From positions 2,336,001 through 2,400,000 of the forward strand of contig CBDCXM010000009.1 in NCBI GenBank assembly GCA_965223855.1: DNA of 64,000 bases, written 5' to 3'. Origin of the DNA: Candidatus Multivoradales bacterium (lineage in GTDB: Bacteria; Acidobacteriota; Thermoanaerobaculia; Multivoradales; JAHEKO01). Both the position numbers and the translations under genes were made by a program. Shown piece after piece: positions 18,634-28,045 of the stretch; position 1 is the stretch's first letter; every line of letters starts with the position of its first letter. The notes below the pieces were generated by a model. The model worked only from the letters and a program-made list of their open reading frames with translations. It made no database searches and had not been told where the DNA came from.

Positions 18634-20442
18634 TCAGTCGCCGTGGTCGCCGCCAGGCCGCGGCATCGGGAGCAAGCCGTCGGGAGCGCCGAGAGTGTCC
18701 TCGGGCACTTCCGGTGCCGCACCCACCCTGCGGAACTCACCCCGCACCAGGCCCTGACTCGGGTTACGGATGGTGAGCGTGTCGTCCTGGCAGGTGTAGT
18801 CGAACGTCATGTTGCGTTCCTGCCCTTCCGCCACGAGGTCTTTGTCGGTGTCGAGCGGGCCCGACCCGCCTCGTCCGGCGGAGGAGGTTCGGGTCATCTT
18901 TCCGCGGGAGACGTCGCGCTCCTCGCAGACGTAGAGCTTGCCGTCACCGGTGCCCCAGAAGCCGAGTCCGGCGTTGACGGAGTAGCTCGTCACGGTTCGT
19001 ACCCACTGGTCGCCTTCGCGCTCGATCATGTCCATGTGGAACGGCTGGTCCGAGCGGAATCCGCGGTTGTCGAAGAAGGTCCAGACCGGCGGCGGCTGAT
19101 CGACGGCGAGGAGCTCGACGCTGGCGGCCATCGCGTGGTCGGGTGCCACGAAGTTGACGTCCTGCCAGCGGCCGAGCAGGCACGGATCCAGACCGTCGGG
19201 CAGGTGGTCGCAACTCCGGATGCAGGAGTCACCGGCCTTCTCGAACCGCACTTTGAGTGGCACTTCGTCGGGGTCGATCCCGTAACCGACGAGGACGAAC
19301 GGCTCCGTCTCGCCGCACACCGTCTCGAGCGTCAGCGGCCCGTCGAGCGGGATCCACAGGCCGTCCGGGTCGCCGTTCTCGAGCACCCCGGAGACGAAGC
19401 CGTCGCCCCCCTCGGGAAGCGTCAGCCGCCACTGGCCGGGCCCCAGCACGAAGCCGGAGCGGGCGAGGCGGCCGAACTTGCGGACGAAGGACTCTTCTTT
19501 GTCCTCGCGGATGTGGGTTGTCGGCCGCGAGTCGCGCCGGCTGGGAAGCACACGCCGGCCGTCGGGCAGGCGGATGTGGAAGGCCGAGTAGCGGGTCGCG
19601 AAGTCGAGCCAGTCCTGATCCTCGAGCGTGTCGAGGATGGAGGCGACCGAGTCCCCGTGGCCGTCGAGGCGGCGCAGGTAATCCATCGTGGCCCGGGCTC
19701 CGTAGGCCTCGGCATGCCAGGCGAAGACCGGCCATGCCCCGTAATCCATCTTGCGGATGTCGAGGTGCCGGTGGCGGAACTCGAACCACAACAGCCAGTT
19801 GTGCGCAGCGTTCCCTTCGTCCAACGGCACGTTCGGAATGGCCGAGAAGGCGAACCAGTTGGCACCGCCTTCCAGATACCAGGAGAGCGGGTCGTCGTCC
19901 TCTCCGGTGGCGTCCTCCCAGTAGGCGGTGCCGAAGGTCTGGTCCTGAATGCAGTGGAAGAGCTCGTGGGCCACGATGCGCGACAGTTCGATCGACCCGC
20001 GCCCGTGCCCGTGAGGCGAGATCGCGATGTAGCACCGGTTGTTCCTGACGTCCGATTCGCCATTGGTGGTGGAACTGGCGCCCGACTGGTCGGTCAGCAC
20101 CACCCGCACGTGGCGGCCGACACTCACGTCGGAGCCCAGCTCGGCGGCGAACGTCACCGCTCGATGCAGGGCGTCGTGCACTGCCTGCGCCTGCTCGTCG
20201 CTGACCTCCACCCCCTGTTCGTAGAGGTCGTAGGCGAGCGCCTGCAACGTTCCCCCGGAGCCCGTGACCGGGTTCGGCAGCGGGGCGTTGTCGATCACCG
20301 AGTAGCAGTCGCCACCGAACGTCCGCCCCCACAGCGACGGATCGTCGTCGGGCAGGAACAGCTCAGGCGCGCAGGTGCCCCGAGCCGACGCGCTGCCGGC
20401 CACCAGGGCCAGGGTCATGAGGAGGGTTGCTGTCTTCGTCAT
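18634..20442 (-). CDS. Secreted gluzincin-like HExxH protein
   Basis: Start MTKTATLL signal peptide; VAHELFHCIQ followed by WYLEGGANW. Confidence 0.75.
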   Translation of the reverse strand: MTKTATLLMTLALVAGSASARGTCAPELFLPDDDPSLWGRTFGGDCYSVIDNAPLPNPVTGSGGTLQALAYDLYEQGVEVSDEQAQAVHDALHRAVTFAAELGSDVSVGRHVRVVLTDQSGASSTTNGESDVRNNRCYIAISPHGHGRGSIELSRIVAHELFHCIQDQTFGTAYWEDATGEDDDPLSWYLEGGANWFAFSAIPNVPLDEGNAAHNWLLWFEFRHRHLDIRKMDYGAWPVFAWHAEAYGARATMDYLRRLDGHGDSVASILDTLEDQDWLDFATRYSAFHIRLPDGRRVLPSRRDSRPTTHIREDKEESFVRKFGRLARSGFVLGPGQWRLTLPEGGDGFVSGVLENGDPDGLWIPLDGPLTLETVCGETEPFVLVGYGIDPDEVPLKVRFEKAGDSCIRSCDHLPDGLDPCLLGRWQDVNFVAPDHAMAASVELLAVDQPPPVWTFFDNRGFRSDQPFHMDMIEREGDQWVRTVTSYSVNAGLGFWGTGDGKLYVCEERDVSRGKMTRTSSAGRGGSGPLDTDKDLVAEGQERNMTFDYTCQDDTLTIRNPSQGLVRGEFRRVGAAPEVPEDTLGAPDGLLPMPRPGGDHGD

Positions 20443-20471
20443 TGGGGGGAGGCTTGCCTCAGCCGTGAGCC

Positions 20472-21164
20472 TCACGGAATCCGCTCCGGCGCGGCTCGCA
20501 GCAGCGAGATCCCGAAGATGGAGAACCAGAGCATGTGGAGAGGTCCGGCTCCCATCGAGGTGATCCCCAGGATCGGGACCAGACCCTGGAACATCTGCGT
20601 GACCGCGAAGACGCCGCACAGCATCCCCAGCCAGCAGACCCATCGCGGGACGATGCCGTGGCGCAGTGCGACCCAGGCCATCATGGCGCTGCCACAGGCG
20701 ACCACCAGAGCCGGCCCGACGAAGGCGGAGAGCGCCAGGTACTGGACCTGGAAGATGTCGACCACGGCCAGCACGCTCGGCTGTAGGGGATCCTGCTTCA
20801 GCGAAAGCCACCACATCAGGCCGACTTGCGTCGCGAAGCCCGCCACGGCGACCGGAATACCCACCGAATAGCCGAGCAGGGAGAGGGCACGGCGCCAGTC
20901 GTCTTCGAACCGTCGGTGGAAGAGGCAGCGGGCGCAGCCGAGCATACAGACGAAGCCGGCCACGAGGCTGCTCATCGCCAGCCTCCACCCGACCGGATGC
21001 ACGCGGACCGCCTCGATCCAGGCGGACGAGTCGCCGCCCCGAAGTGTGTCGACGGCGAACGCATGGCCCTGAGCCGAGCCGACGAACGCGTAGGTGAGCA
21101 CGAGCGGGCCGACGAGCGATCCGAAGACGCCGGCCCAACGGACGGACGCGATCTCCTTGTTCAT
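20472..21164 (-). CDS. Multi-pass membrane protein (DUF4386-like)
   Basis: About 6 TM; GIVPRWVCWLG motif; RBS GGAGG. Confidence 0.7.
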   Translation of the reverse strand: MNKEIASVRWAGVFGSLVGPLVLTYAFVGSAQGHAFAVDTLRGGDSSAWIEAVRVHPVGWRLAMSSLVAGFVCMLGCARCLFHRRFEDDWRRALSLLGYSVGIPVAVAGFATQVGLMWWLSLKQDPLQPSVLAVVDIFQVQYLALSAFVGPALVVACGSAMMAWVALRHGIVPRWVCWLGMLCGVFAVTQMFQGLVPILGITSMGAGPLHMLWFSIFGISLLRAAPERIP

Positions 21165-21259
21165 GGCAACCTCCGTCGGGAGCCTACAGGACGGGACTGG
21201 TCGTGTTCGCGCGGCAGGCCCCGCCGCTTTGGGCTACGGAAGGGGGATGCGTTGAGGAC

Positions 21260-21709
21260 ATGACGAGTCTTGGGCCAAGGCCGGTGGCACGGAGGTATGG
21301 CGCTGCGGTGTTCATCGGCTCTCCGGGAGCGATCGCGAGCCTAGCGCTGCCGTCTCGTCTGCGGGTTCCGGAAGCTCTCTACTTCGACTTGCTGCTCGTC
21401 CTTGCGGTCGTCGTGCTGGCCGTCAACGGACTCCATGGCTGGCTACTCGCGTGCATTCGAGACAGGGCTCCGGATACCTGGAATGTGCTCGGCCGGCCAA
21501 GTCCGTGGCCGTTCCCGAGGAGTGGGTTGGGCGGTTGGGCTCCGTCGGTGCTTCGAGCTGTCAAGCGCCCCGAGCTGGTGAAGTCGCTGGAGAAAAAGGA
21601 CGCCGGCTTCCGATGGATCTTCACCACGCTTCGCTGTCTGAGCGGGCTGGGCAAGGTTCTCTTTGCGTTGCTCCTGCTCGCCTTTGTCTTCATCGAAAGG
21701 GCACCCTGA
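21260..21709 (+). CDS. Hypothetical membrane protein
   Basis: RBS GAGGA before ATG 21260; 3 hydrophobic segments; IRDRAPDTWNVLGRP. Confidence 0.55.
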   Translation: MTSLGPRPVARRYGAAVFIGSPGAIASLALPSRLRVPEALYFDLLLVLAVVVLAVNGLHGWLLACIRDRAPDTWNVLGRPSPWPFPRSGLGGWAPSVLRAVKRPELVKSLEKKDAGFRWIFTTLRCLSGLGKVLFALLLLAFVFIERAP

Positions 21710-21811
21710 CGTCCGATCCTCGTCCGAGACGCGAACCGGGGGCTCCAACCAGACATGCCGCGCGGAAGGTGAGCCGGGACTCTCTCCCTGAGCCGGCCTT
21801 CCGACTGGAAC

Positions 21812-22459
21812 TCAGTCGGCCAGGAGCCGTGCGCGGAGCTCCGAGAGCCTTTCGGCGGCGGAGAAGTTCTCTGCCAGCAGGTACTCGGAGACGAGCCAGT
21901 CGAGCCGGTGGGCGAGGGCGGCATCCAGAGGAAGCATCCCCTGCTCGAGCAGCAGGTAGGGGTGCTCGCCGAGCTTTCGGGCCTGGTCGGCTCTGCCCTG
22001 GCTCTCGTACAGGTGCTGCAGCCGAGCGACGTAGATCGCGACGGAAGACGGCTTGCCGGAAATCCCCGGGGTGGCAGCTGAGCCCGGGCCTCGTGAGAGG
22101 AGCATCTCTACGACGGCCAGCGACTGCATCGACTCCGCGCGCTCGTGGTCGCCGTCGAGGTAGGCGACCAGGCCGAGTTCGTCCAGCGTTTCGGCGAACC
22201 GCCAGTCTCTGGCTCCGAAGGCTCTTGCAAGGAGCGCACCGGCGCAGAACTCGAGATGGGCAGCGTCGAGGTCGCCCGTTCGGATCGCTTCGATTCCCGC
22301 GAGGTAGTGGCGGTTCCAGGCGGCATCGGTCGACCCTTCCTGGCCCTCCGACGACTCGAGGACGAACTGTCCGTCTCGCCGGCAGGTCTCCGGGACCCAT
22401 CGTTCGAGGGGAGCTCGGTCGCTTTCGTTCTTCCCGCTCTCGGCGGGCATTGCGGCCAT
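21812..22459 (-). CDS. TPR-like hypothetical protein
   Basis: RFAETLDELGLVAYLDGDHERAE and LQHLYESQGRADQA TPR-like helices. Confidence 0.6.
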   Translation of the reverse strand: MAAMPAESGKNESDRAPLERWVPETCRRDGQFVLESSEGQEGSTDAAWNRHYLAGIEAIRTGDLDAAHLEFCAGALLARAFGARDWRFAETLDELGLVAYLDGDHERAESMQSLAVVEMLLSRGPGSAATPGISGKPSSVAIYVARLQHLYESQGRADQARKLGEHPYLLLEQGMLPLDAALAHRLDWLVSEYLLAENFSAAERLSELRARLLAD

Positions 22460-22475
22460 CGGGGAGGGAGCGAAA

Positions 22476-22674
22476 GGAGTTTCGGTGACAGGATACTTTT
22501 CTTTGCGACGAGGAGTTTCGGTGACAGGATACTTTTCTTTGCGACGGGGAGTTTCGGTGACAGGATACTCTTCTTTGCGACGGCTCTTCTCTTCGCCCCG
22601 TTGCCTCGTCGCGTCTCAGGGCGACGGACCGAGTGGAGTGGAAGGGGAGTTAAGTAACCTGTCACCGAAACTCC
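22476..22674. repeat. 3 x 36-bp tandem repeat plus inverted copy (CGGTGACAGG family)
   Basis: GGAGTTTCGGTGACAGGATACT(T/C)TTCTTTGCGACG(A/G) at 22476, 22512 and 22548; inverted AAGTAACCTGTCACCGAAACTCC at 22652-22674. Confidence 0.9.
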
Positions 22675-22725
22675 GATGTTGATCCACCACTGCCGACGCG
22701 CAGCTCTCTTGCGAGACTCATCGCG

Positions 22726-24054
22726 ATGCGGCGTGCACTCGACATCGCTGTGCTGGGGTGGTTGGTACTGGCTGCATCCACCGCAGCCCAGCCTCCTTGC
22801 GATCCTCTCCCGCCCCCCGCAGGTCCGGTCGTCGACGTCTTCCCTGCGGACGCCGGCCAGCTTCGCTCGATCGTGGCAGGCGCCGCTGCCGGCACGACGC
22901 TTCTCCTCCACGACGGCTTCTACGACCTGAGCCACGGTGACAGCAACGACCGGCTGAGCTTCCACACCCCCGGCGTGACGCTTCGCTCGGTGAGCGGCAA
23001 CCGCTCGGCCGTAGTCCTCGACGGCGACTACACCACCAACGAGCTGATCAGCATCCACGCCTCGAACGTGACGATCGCCGACCTCACGGTTCAGCGTGCC
23101 TTCCATCACCCGATCCACGTCTCCGGGCAGGCGGGGGCGCCGATCGACGGGGTGGTGCTCCACAACCTGCACGTCGTCGATCCGGGGGAGCAGGCGATCA
23201 AGATCAACGCCGTGGGCGACGGCTACGCGGACAACGGCGTGGTCGAGTGCAGCCTGATCGAGCTGACCGACGTGGGGCGGCTCGAGATCAGGAACAACTG
23301 CTACACCGGCGGCATCGACGCCCACAAGGCGTGGGGATGGGTCGTTCGACGCAACCGCATCACCGGCTTCTGGTGCGACCAGGGACTCTCGGAGCATGCG
23401 ATCCATTTCTGGAGCGCCTCACGGGACACGCTCGTCGAGGAGAACGCGATCGCCGACTGCGCACGGGGAATCGGCTTCGGCCTCGGGTCGAGCGGGGCGG
23501 ATCGGACGTACGCCGACAACCCGTATCCGGGCGTTGGCTACCTGGGGCATATCGACGGCACGATCCGCAACAACTTCGTCGCCGCCAACGACCCCGCGCT
23601 TTTCGCCTCGGTGTCCGGGTTCGATACCGGAGTCGGGCTGGAGCAGGCCCGCGGCACTGTGGTGTTCCACAACAGCGTGGCCTCGACCGAGGCGCCTGCA
23701 TCTTCATCCATCGAGTGGCGCTTTCCCAACACGCTGGCCGAGATCGCCAACAACCTGGCGAGCGATCGATTGCTCGAACGAAACGGGGGAGTGGCGAGCC
23801 TCGCGACAAACCTCGAGCATGTGGCGTTGTCGTGGTTCACGGATGTGGCGGCGGGGGACCTGCATCTGACTCCGGCAGCGACCGGCGCCGTAGACGGAGG
23901 GACGGCTCTGCCGCCCGGGTTTGCCGACCTCGATATCGACCTCGAACCGCGCGACAGCTCACCGGACGTCGGGGCCGACGAGGTCGGCGACACGATCTTC
24001 GCCGACGGGTTCGAGTCGGGGGATACGTCGGGCTGGTCGGCGACGGTGCCGTGA
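22726..24054 (+). CDS. Secreted right-handed beta-helix (pectin-lyase-like) protein with C-terminal FADGFESGDTSGWS tail
   Basis: Signal peptide; GTTLLLHDGFY; parallel beta-helix repeats; DLHLT..AVDGG..PDVGADE; ends TIFADGFESGDTSGWSATVP. Confidence 0.8.
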   Translation: MRRALDIAVLGWLVLAASTAAQPPCDPLPPPAGPVVDVFPADAGQLRSIVAGAAAGTTLLLHDGFYDLSHGDSNDRLSFHTPGVTLRSVSGNRSAVVLDGDYTTNELISIHASNVTIADLTVQRAFHHPIHVSGQAGAPIDGVVLHNLHVVDPGEQAIKINAVGDGYADNGVVECSLIELTDVGRLEIRNNCYTGGIDAHKAWGWVVRRNRITGFWCDQGLSEHAIHFWSASRDTLVEENAIADCARGIGFGLGSSGADRTYADNPYPGVGYLGHIDGTIRNNFVAANDPALFASVSGFDTGVGLEQARGTVVFHNSVASTEAPASSSIEWRFPNTLAEIANNLASDRLLERNGGVASLATNLEHVALSWFTDVAAGDLHLTPAATGAVDGGTALPPGFADLDIDLEPRDSSPDVGADEVGDTIFADGFESGDTSGWSATVP

Positions 24055-24130
24055 GGGACTGCCCGCAGGGCCTCGGACCCGAGGCGCAGCTGCTCAGGGC
24101 CGAGCGGTGTCGAGGTTCGGCAAGCCAGCG

Positions 24131-26170
24131 CTACGGCGTCTCGGACCCTGTCGTGAACAGGATCGTTCCGTAGAGGCCCGAGGCCAGGACGCCGCCCGTC
24201 GAGGGGGCCAGGACATCGCGGCCGAAGCCTACTGAGTAGTCGCCACTCTGCCAGTCCGTCGTTCCGTTCCGGTAGCGGTACAGGCGCCGGTCGCTGCCGT
24301 ACCAGATCGTGTCGCCGCGGACAGCAAAGCCGTGAATCGGGTTCTGGGTGATCTGCTGTTCGTCGACCACCACGTAAGTACCCTGCTCGAAGCGCATCGT
24401 GGTCAGCACTCCGTCGTTACCCGCCAGTCTGATGAGGGGCGAGCCGTAGCTCGGTGCCACGGAAAGATCCGTGAAAGCGCCTTCGAGCGAGAACTCGGTC
24501 TCGCCGGTGCGCGCGTCGAGAACGAGCAGCTCTCCGAAGGAGCCGTGGCTCTTGAGCGCCAGGAGCTCCGGCGCCGGGTCACGATCTGTGTTTCCTACCC
24601 GTAGAGCCGTGGCAGGCGGGCTCCCGTCGGTCGTTCTCCAGAGCTCTCGACCGTCTCGCGCGTCGAACGCCGCGATGTAGGCGCCGGCCGGGTCACTCAC
24701 GCCGGCGATGAAAGCCCTCAATCTTTCGTTGCCGAGGCCCTCGACAGAGGTGAAGGAGGTCGTGGCGGAGTCGAAGGTCTTGCGCCCGATCGACTTGAAC
24801 CCGTCTCCTCGGAACTTCCAGGCGTCCAGGGAGGAGCCATGGGTGTGGCTTCCCGCGAAGAGGATCTCGGCACACCCGTCGCGATCCACGTCTCGCACCC
24901 TGAGGTCGACCGCTCTCGTCGCGTCCCTGTCGCCGGCTCGAAGCACGGTTCTGATGGCGAGAGTCACGGGGTCGAGGACAAGAACCGCTGCCGGATCGGC
25001 ACCGGACAGTTGGCTGCCCGCGGCGACGACCAGCTCGGGCTCCCCGTCACAGTCGACATCGGCCTCCTCCGGTCCGAGGAAGGGGCCCCGCAACGACAGA
25101 CTGCGCCACTCCGGCTTGCCCGTCGCCCCGTTCGTGGCGTGAAGATAGTCGGGGCCGGAGCTGTGACCGCCGGCGCTCCAGAAGACCTCCTTGATTCCGT
25201 CTCCGTCGAGGTCCTGAACCGCGAAGCCCTTGGTCGTGTCTCCCTGGCTGACCCACTCGCGCAGCAGAGTCGAGGTGTCGTAGGCATTGACTCCACCGGG
25301 GCCGTCGAAGACCACCTCAATCGCGCGGTCGTCATCCAGGTTGCCGAGGCCGATCTTGCCTCGCGATTGGACGCCGAGCGTCCAGAGCTCCGACCGGGTC
25401 TCCACGTCCCACGCATAGACCGACGAGAGATAGGTGCCGACGAGCTCCAGGTTGCCGTCGTGGTCGAGGTCCGCCGCGCTCAGGCCCAGCGTCCTGTATT
25501 CGGCGAACCGCCAGACAGGCTCGAGGGTCGGCAGATCGAAGACCCAGCCGCCGTCCACCGCCACCTCCAGATCGGCATCACCGTCCATCTGTCCCAACAC
25601 CAGGCTGGTGCTGTAGAAGTCGTCGACGGCCGCGAGGCGCTGGCCCGAAGAGGAGAACAGCGCCAACTGGCAGTCGATACCGACGAACTCGGGAGCCGGA
25701 CCGCCGAACAGGTCGACGGCTTCCACCGCCTGGAGCGAACATCCGGACCGTACCTGCAGCTGTACCGCCCCCAGCTCCCGCTTGTCGGTGGCGGAGAAGA
25801 AGCGAACTCTGCCGGTGACGCCTGCCGCGTAGATCCGGCGTTCACTGATGCCGGGAGCCTCGCGAACGACCCCGACCTGAGCGAGGATTCCCAGGCTGTC
25901 GCTCACGAAGGCGGTTCGGTATCCGTCCGACTCGGTCGGCTTGACGGTGTACCAGTAGGCGCCGGGATGCGGCGCGGTCGCCAGCATCTCCCGATCGATG
26001 CCGGGCGAGAGCGGCATCAGACCCGCCTCTCCGATCCGGGTGCCGAAGCTCGCGAGCCCCCGAATCGGCCGCGGCTCCGAGTCCACGTCGGTCTGTCCCG
26101 AGGCGACACCTGTCGAGAACAACGCGACAAGCGATGCAGCCAGCAGCCCGGGTGAACGGCGGAGGTTCAC
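24131..26170 (-). CDS. Secreted FG-GAP/beta-propeller repeat protein
   Basis: Signal peptide; repeated DLDxDGxxE motifs (DLDHDGNLE, DLDGDGIKE, DVDCDGEPE, DVDRDGCAE). Confidence 0.8.
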   Translation of the reverse strand: MNLRRSPGLLAASLVALFSTGVASGQTDVDSEPRPIRGLASFGTRIGEAGLMPLSPGIDREMLATAPHPGAYWYTVKPTESDGYRTAFVSDSLGILAQVGVVREAPGISERRIYAAGVTGRVRFFSATDKRELGAVQLQVRSGCSLQAVEAVDLFGGPAPEFVGIDCQLALFSSSGQRLAAVDDFYSTSLVLGQMDGDADLEVAVDGGWVFDLPTLEPVWRFAEYRTLGLSAADLDHDGNLELVGTYLSSVYAWDVETRSELWTLGVQSRGKIGLGNLDDDRAIEVVFDGPGGVNAYDTSTLLREWVSQGDTTKGFAVQDLDGDGIKEVFWSAGGHSSGPDYLHATNGATGKPEWRSLSLRGPFLGPEEADVDCDGEPELVVAAGSQLSGADPAAVLVLDPVTLAIRTVLRAGDRDATRAVDLRVRDVDRDGCAEILFAGSHTHGSSLDAWKFRGDGFKSIGRKTFDSATTSFTSVEGLGNERLRAFIAGVSDPAGAYIAAFDARDGRELWRTTDGSPPATALRVGNTDRDPAPELLALKSHGSFGELLVLDARTGETEFSLEGAFTDLSVAPSYGSPLIRLAGNDGVLTTMRFEQGTYVVVDEQQITQNPIHGFAVRGDTIWYGSDRRLYRYRNGTTDWQSGDYSVGFGRDVLAPSTGGVLASGLYGTILFTTGSETP

Positions 26171-26465
26171 GACGGGCAGAGTCTAGCAAGGAAGGGCCGA
26201 TGCTCCCGGAGCTGCCGCGCCGGAAGCCTGAGAGCTCGCCAGAGCGTCACGGAGACGAGGATGCCCGAGCTCGCTCGCCCGGTACGGAGCTGGAGCCGGG
26301 AAAGTCGGGGAGTCGCGGCCCCGTTGGTATGCCTCGCGGTACTGCTGTAGATAGTTGTGTAGCGGGATGGCTCGATTGCAAAGCCGTGCCCCAGAGCACA
26401 GAATCAGCGCCTGTTTGCAGGGTGAACAGCTGCCATCTCATCCCGGGGGGGCCGGAATCGGATGC

Positions 26466-27137
26466 ATGCGAAACACCCGAATCAGGAAGGCCTTGTGCTC
26501 GCGCCGCTCCCGCGGCTACACGCTGGTGGGGATGATGGTGGCGGTCACCATCATCGCCGCCTCGCTGGCGTTCGTCCTGCCGGCGTTCCAGAACTGGATT
26601 CAACGGGCTCGCGTGGAGGGGTTCGGCAGAGAGCTGTCCGTGCTGCTCCGCCAGGCTCGGAGCGTGGCGGTTCGCGACGGCGTGCCCGTGGTCGTCGCCC
26701 TCGACGAGGACAGCGGCGCGGTGTTCGCGTTCCTGGATCGCTCCGAGGCGAGGCCGGTCGGCCCCGACGACGGGGTCTTCAACCCGGATGATGGCCTGCC
26801 TTCGGACCTCACGGATCTCCAGATCGGACGGCGCTTCCTTCCCGGTGGTGTCGGCTTCCTGACGCCTGGGGGAGACGACCTGATCGACGGCTTCACGAGG
26901 GTCGGCGCCGAGCGGGTCGCCGTGTTCGAGCCGGACGGCTGCGTTCGCAACAGCGGGGCGTTTCGTTTCGGAGATCAGTGGGGCAACTATCTCGAGGCGC
27001 GAGTCGGACCGGCGGCCTCCGCCCGCGTTCAACTCAGAAAGCACACCTCCGCCGGAGGCGGCGCCAACTGGCAAACGCGCGAGGAGGCCCCCTGGGAGTG
27101 GTACTGGGGCAAAGGCCGGCAGGCGACCGAATCGTGA
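26466..27137 (+). CDS. GspH/FimT-like minor pseudopilin
   Basis: Prepilin site RSRG|YTLVGMMVAVTIIA; LRQARSVAVRDG FimT-like helix. Confidence 0.75.
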   Translation: MRNTRIRKALCSRRSRGYTLVGMMVAVTIIAASLAFVLPAFQNWIQRARVEGFGRELSVLLRQARSVAVRDGVPVVVALDEDSGAVFAFLDRSEARPVGPDDGVFNPDDGLPSDLTDLQIGRRFLPGGVGFLTPGGDDLIDGFTRVGAERVAVFEPDGCVRNSGAFRFGDQWGNYLEARVGPAASARVQLRKHTSAGGGANWQTREEAPWEWYWGKGRQATES

Positions 27138-27538
27138 CCGGCTCCGGGGCTCTAGGGCGACGAAGCGCACAGAGGGGGATCCTCGTCCTCCTGTCCGCCC
27201 TGTTTTGCGGGAGCCTCGCCTGCTCGTCACCGCCCGCCGAGGTTCCGGCCGAGATCCTGGGTACCTGGACGACTGGCGCCGCGGGCTTCGAAGGTCGGGC
27301 GATCGAGATCCGCTCCGAGGCGATCGAGTTCGCCAACGGGGGCGATGCGACGGTCTCGCACTGGGTCACCGCGGTCGAGGTCGGCGAGGCCGCTGACGGG
27401 CAGCGCCCGATGGTGATCGTGTACGAGGGCGAGGGCGGCAACGAGTATCGCCTCGGAGTGATCCACGATCGGGCCGAGGGCACGCTGAGGCTGCGTCATC
27501 GGGGAGCGGTCGAGTGGCGTCGGGGGAGCGGAAGGTGA
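27134..27538 (+). CDS. Hypothetical lipoprotein
   Basis: Lipobox SLAC; EILGTWTT; GTGA overlaps with both neighbours. Confidence 0.7.
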   Translation: MTGSGALGRRSAQRGILVLLSALFCGSLACSSPPAEVPAEILGTWTTGAAGFEGRAIEIRSEAIEFANGGDATVSHWVTAVEVGEAADGQRPMVIVYEGEGGNEYRLGVIHDRAEGTLRLRHRGAVEWRRGSGR

Positions 27539-28035
27539 CCGGGCCCGGGCTCGAGCGTCGCCCTGCCCCGCAACCCGACCCGCGTCTCGGCCGGGCCGTC
27601 GGCTTCACGGTGCTGGAGACCCTCATCGCCGTGACGCTCGTCGGCGTGCTGGCAGCGATCGTCGTGCCCTATGTCCTGGGCGAGCTCAAGAAGAGCCGGG
27701 AGCTGCGCGTCCTCGGCGATCTGCGGGCGATCGAAGCAGCGATCGAGACCTATCAGGCCGACCTCGCCGATCTGCCCGACGACCTCGACCAGGTCGGCAT
27801 GGACGTCCCGCTCGATCCCTGGGGGCACGAGTACCGCTACTTCCCGTTCAAGGGCAACAACTGGAGGGGTAGCGCCCGCAAGGACCGCTTCCTCGTACCG
27901 ATCAACTCGACCTACGACCTCTACAGCGTCGGCCCCGACGGAGAGTCGCGGCCGCCGCTGACTGCCCCCCAGAGCTGGGACGACCTGATCCGGGCCAACA
28001 ACGGCGAGTACATGGGCCCCGCGTCGGAGTACTAG
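27535..28035 (+). CDS. GspG-like prepilin-type pseudopilin
   Basis: G|FTVLETLIAV; LDPWGHEYRY; YDLYSVGPDG; extra RKDRFLVPINS and DDLIRANNG segments. Confidence 0.85.
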   Translation: MTGPGLERRPAPQPDPRLGRAVGFTVLETLIAVTLVGVLAAIVVPYVLGELKKSRELRVLGDLRAIEAAIETYQADLADLPDDLDQVGMDVPLDPWGHEYRYFPFKGNNWRGSARKDRFLVPINSTYDLYSVGPDGESRPPLTAPQSWDDLIRANNGEYMGPASEY

Positions 28036-28045
28036 GGACTGGAGG

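Noticed and set aside
18547-20871. 774-aa plus-strand ORF, and extension of the HExxH gene to 21138
   Set aside because: Shadow ORF; the extension overlaps the DUF4386-like gene and precedes the true signal peptide
22476-22583. 36-bp repeats as a CRISPR array
   Set aside because: Units are directly adjacent with no unique spacers, there are no cas genes, and the core matches the dispersed REP-like family
22108-23406. ORF with VAKKSILSPKL x3 peptide repeat
   Set aside because: Translation of the DNA repeat, antisense to the real beta-helix gene
26466-28035. Complete type II secretion or type IV pilus locus
   Set aside because: Only pilin-like genes; no ATPase, secretin, platform or prepilin peptidase
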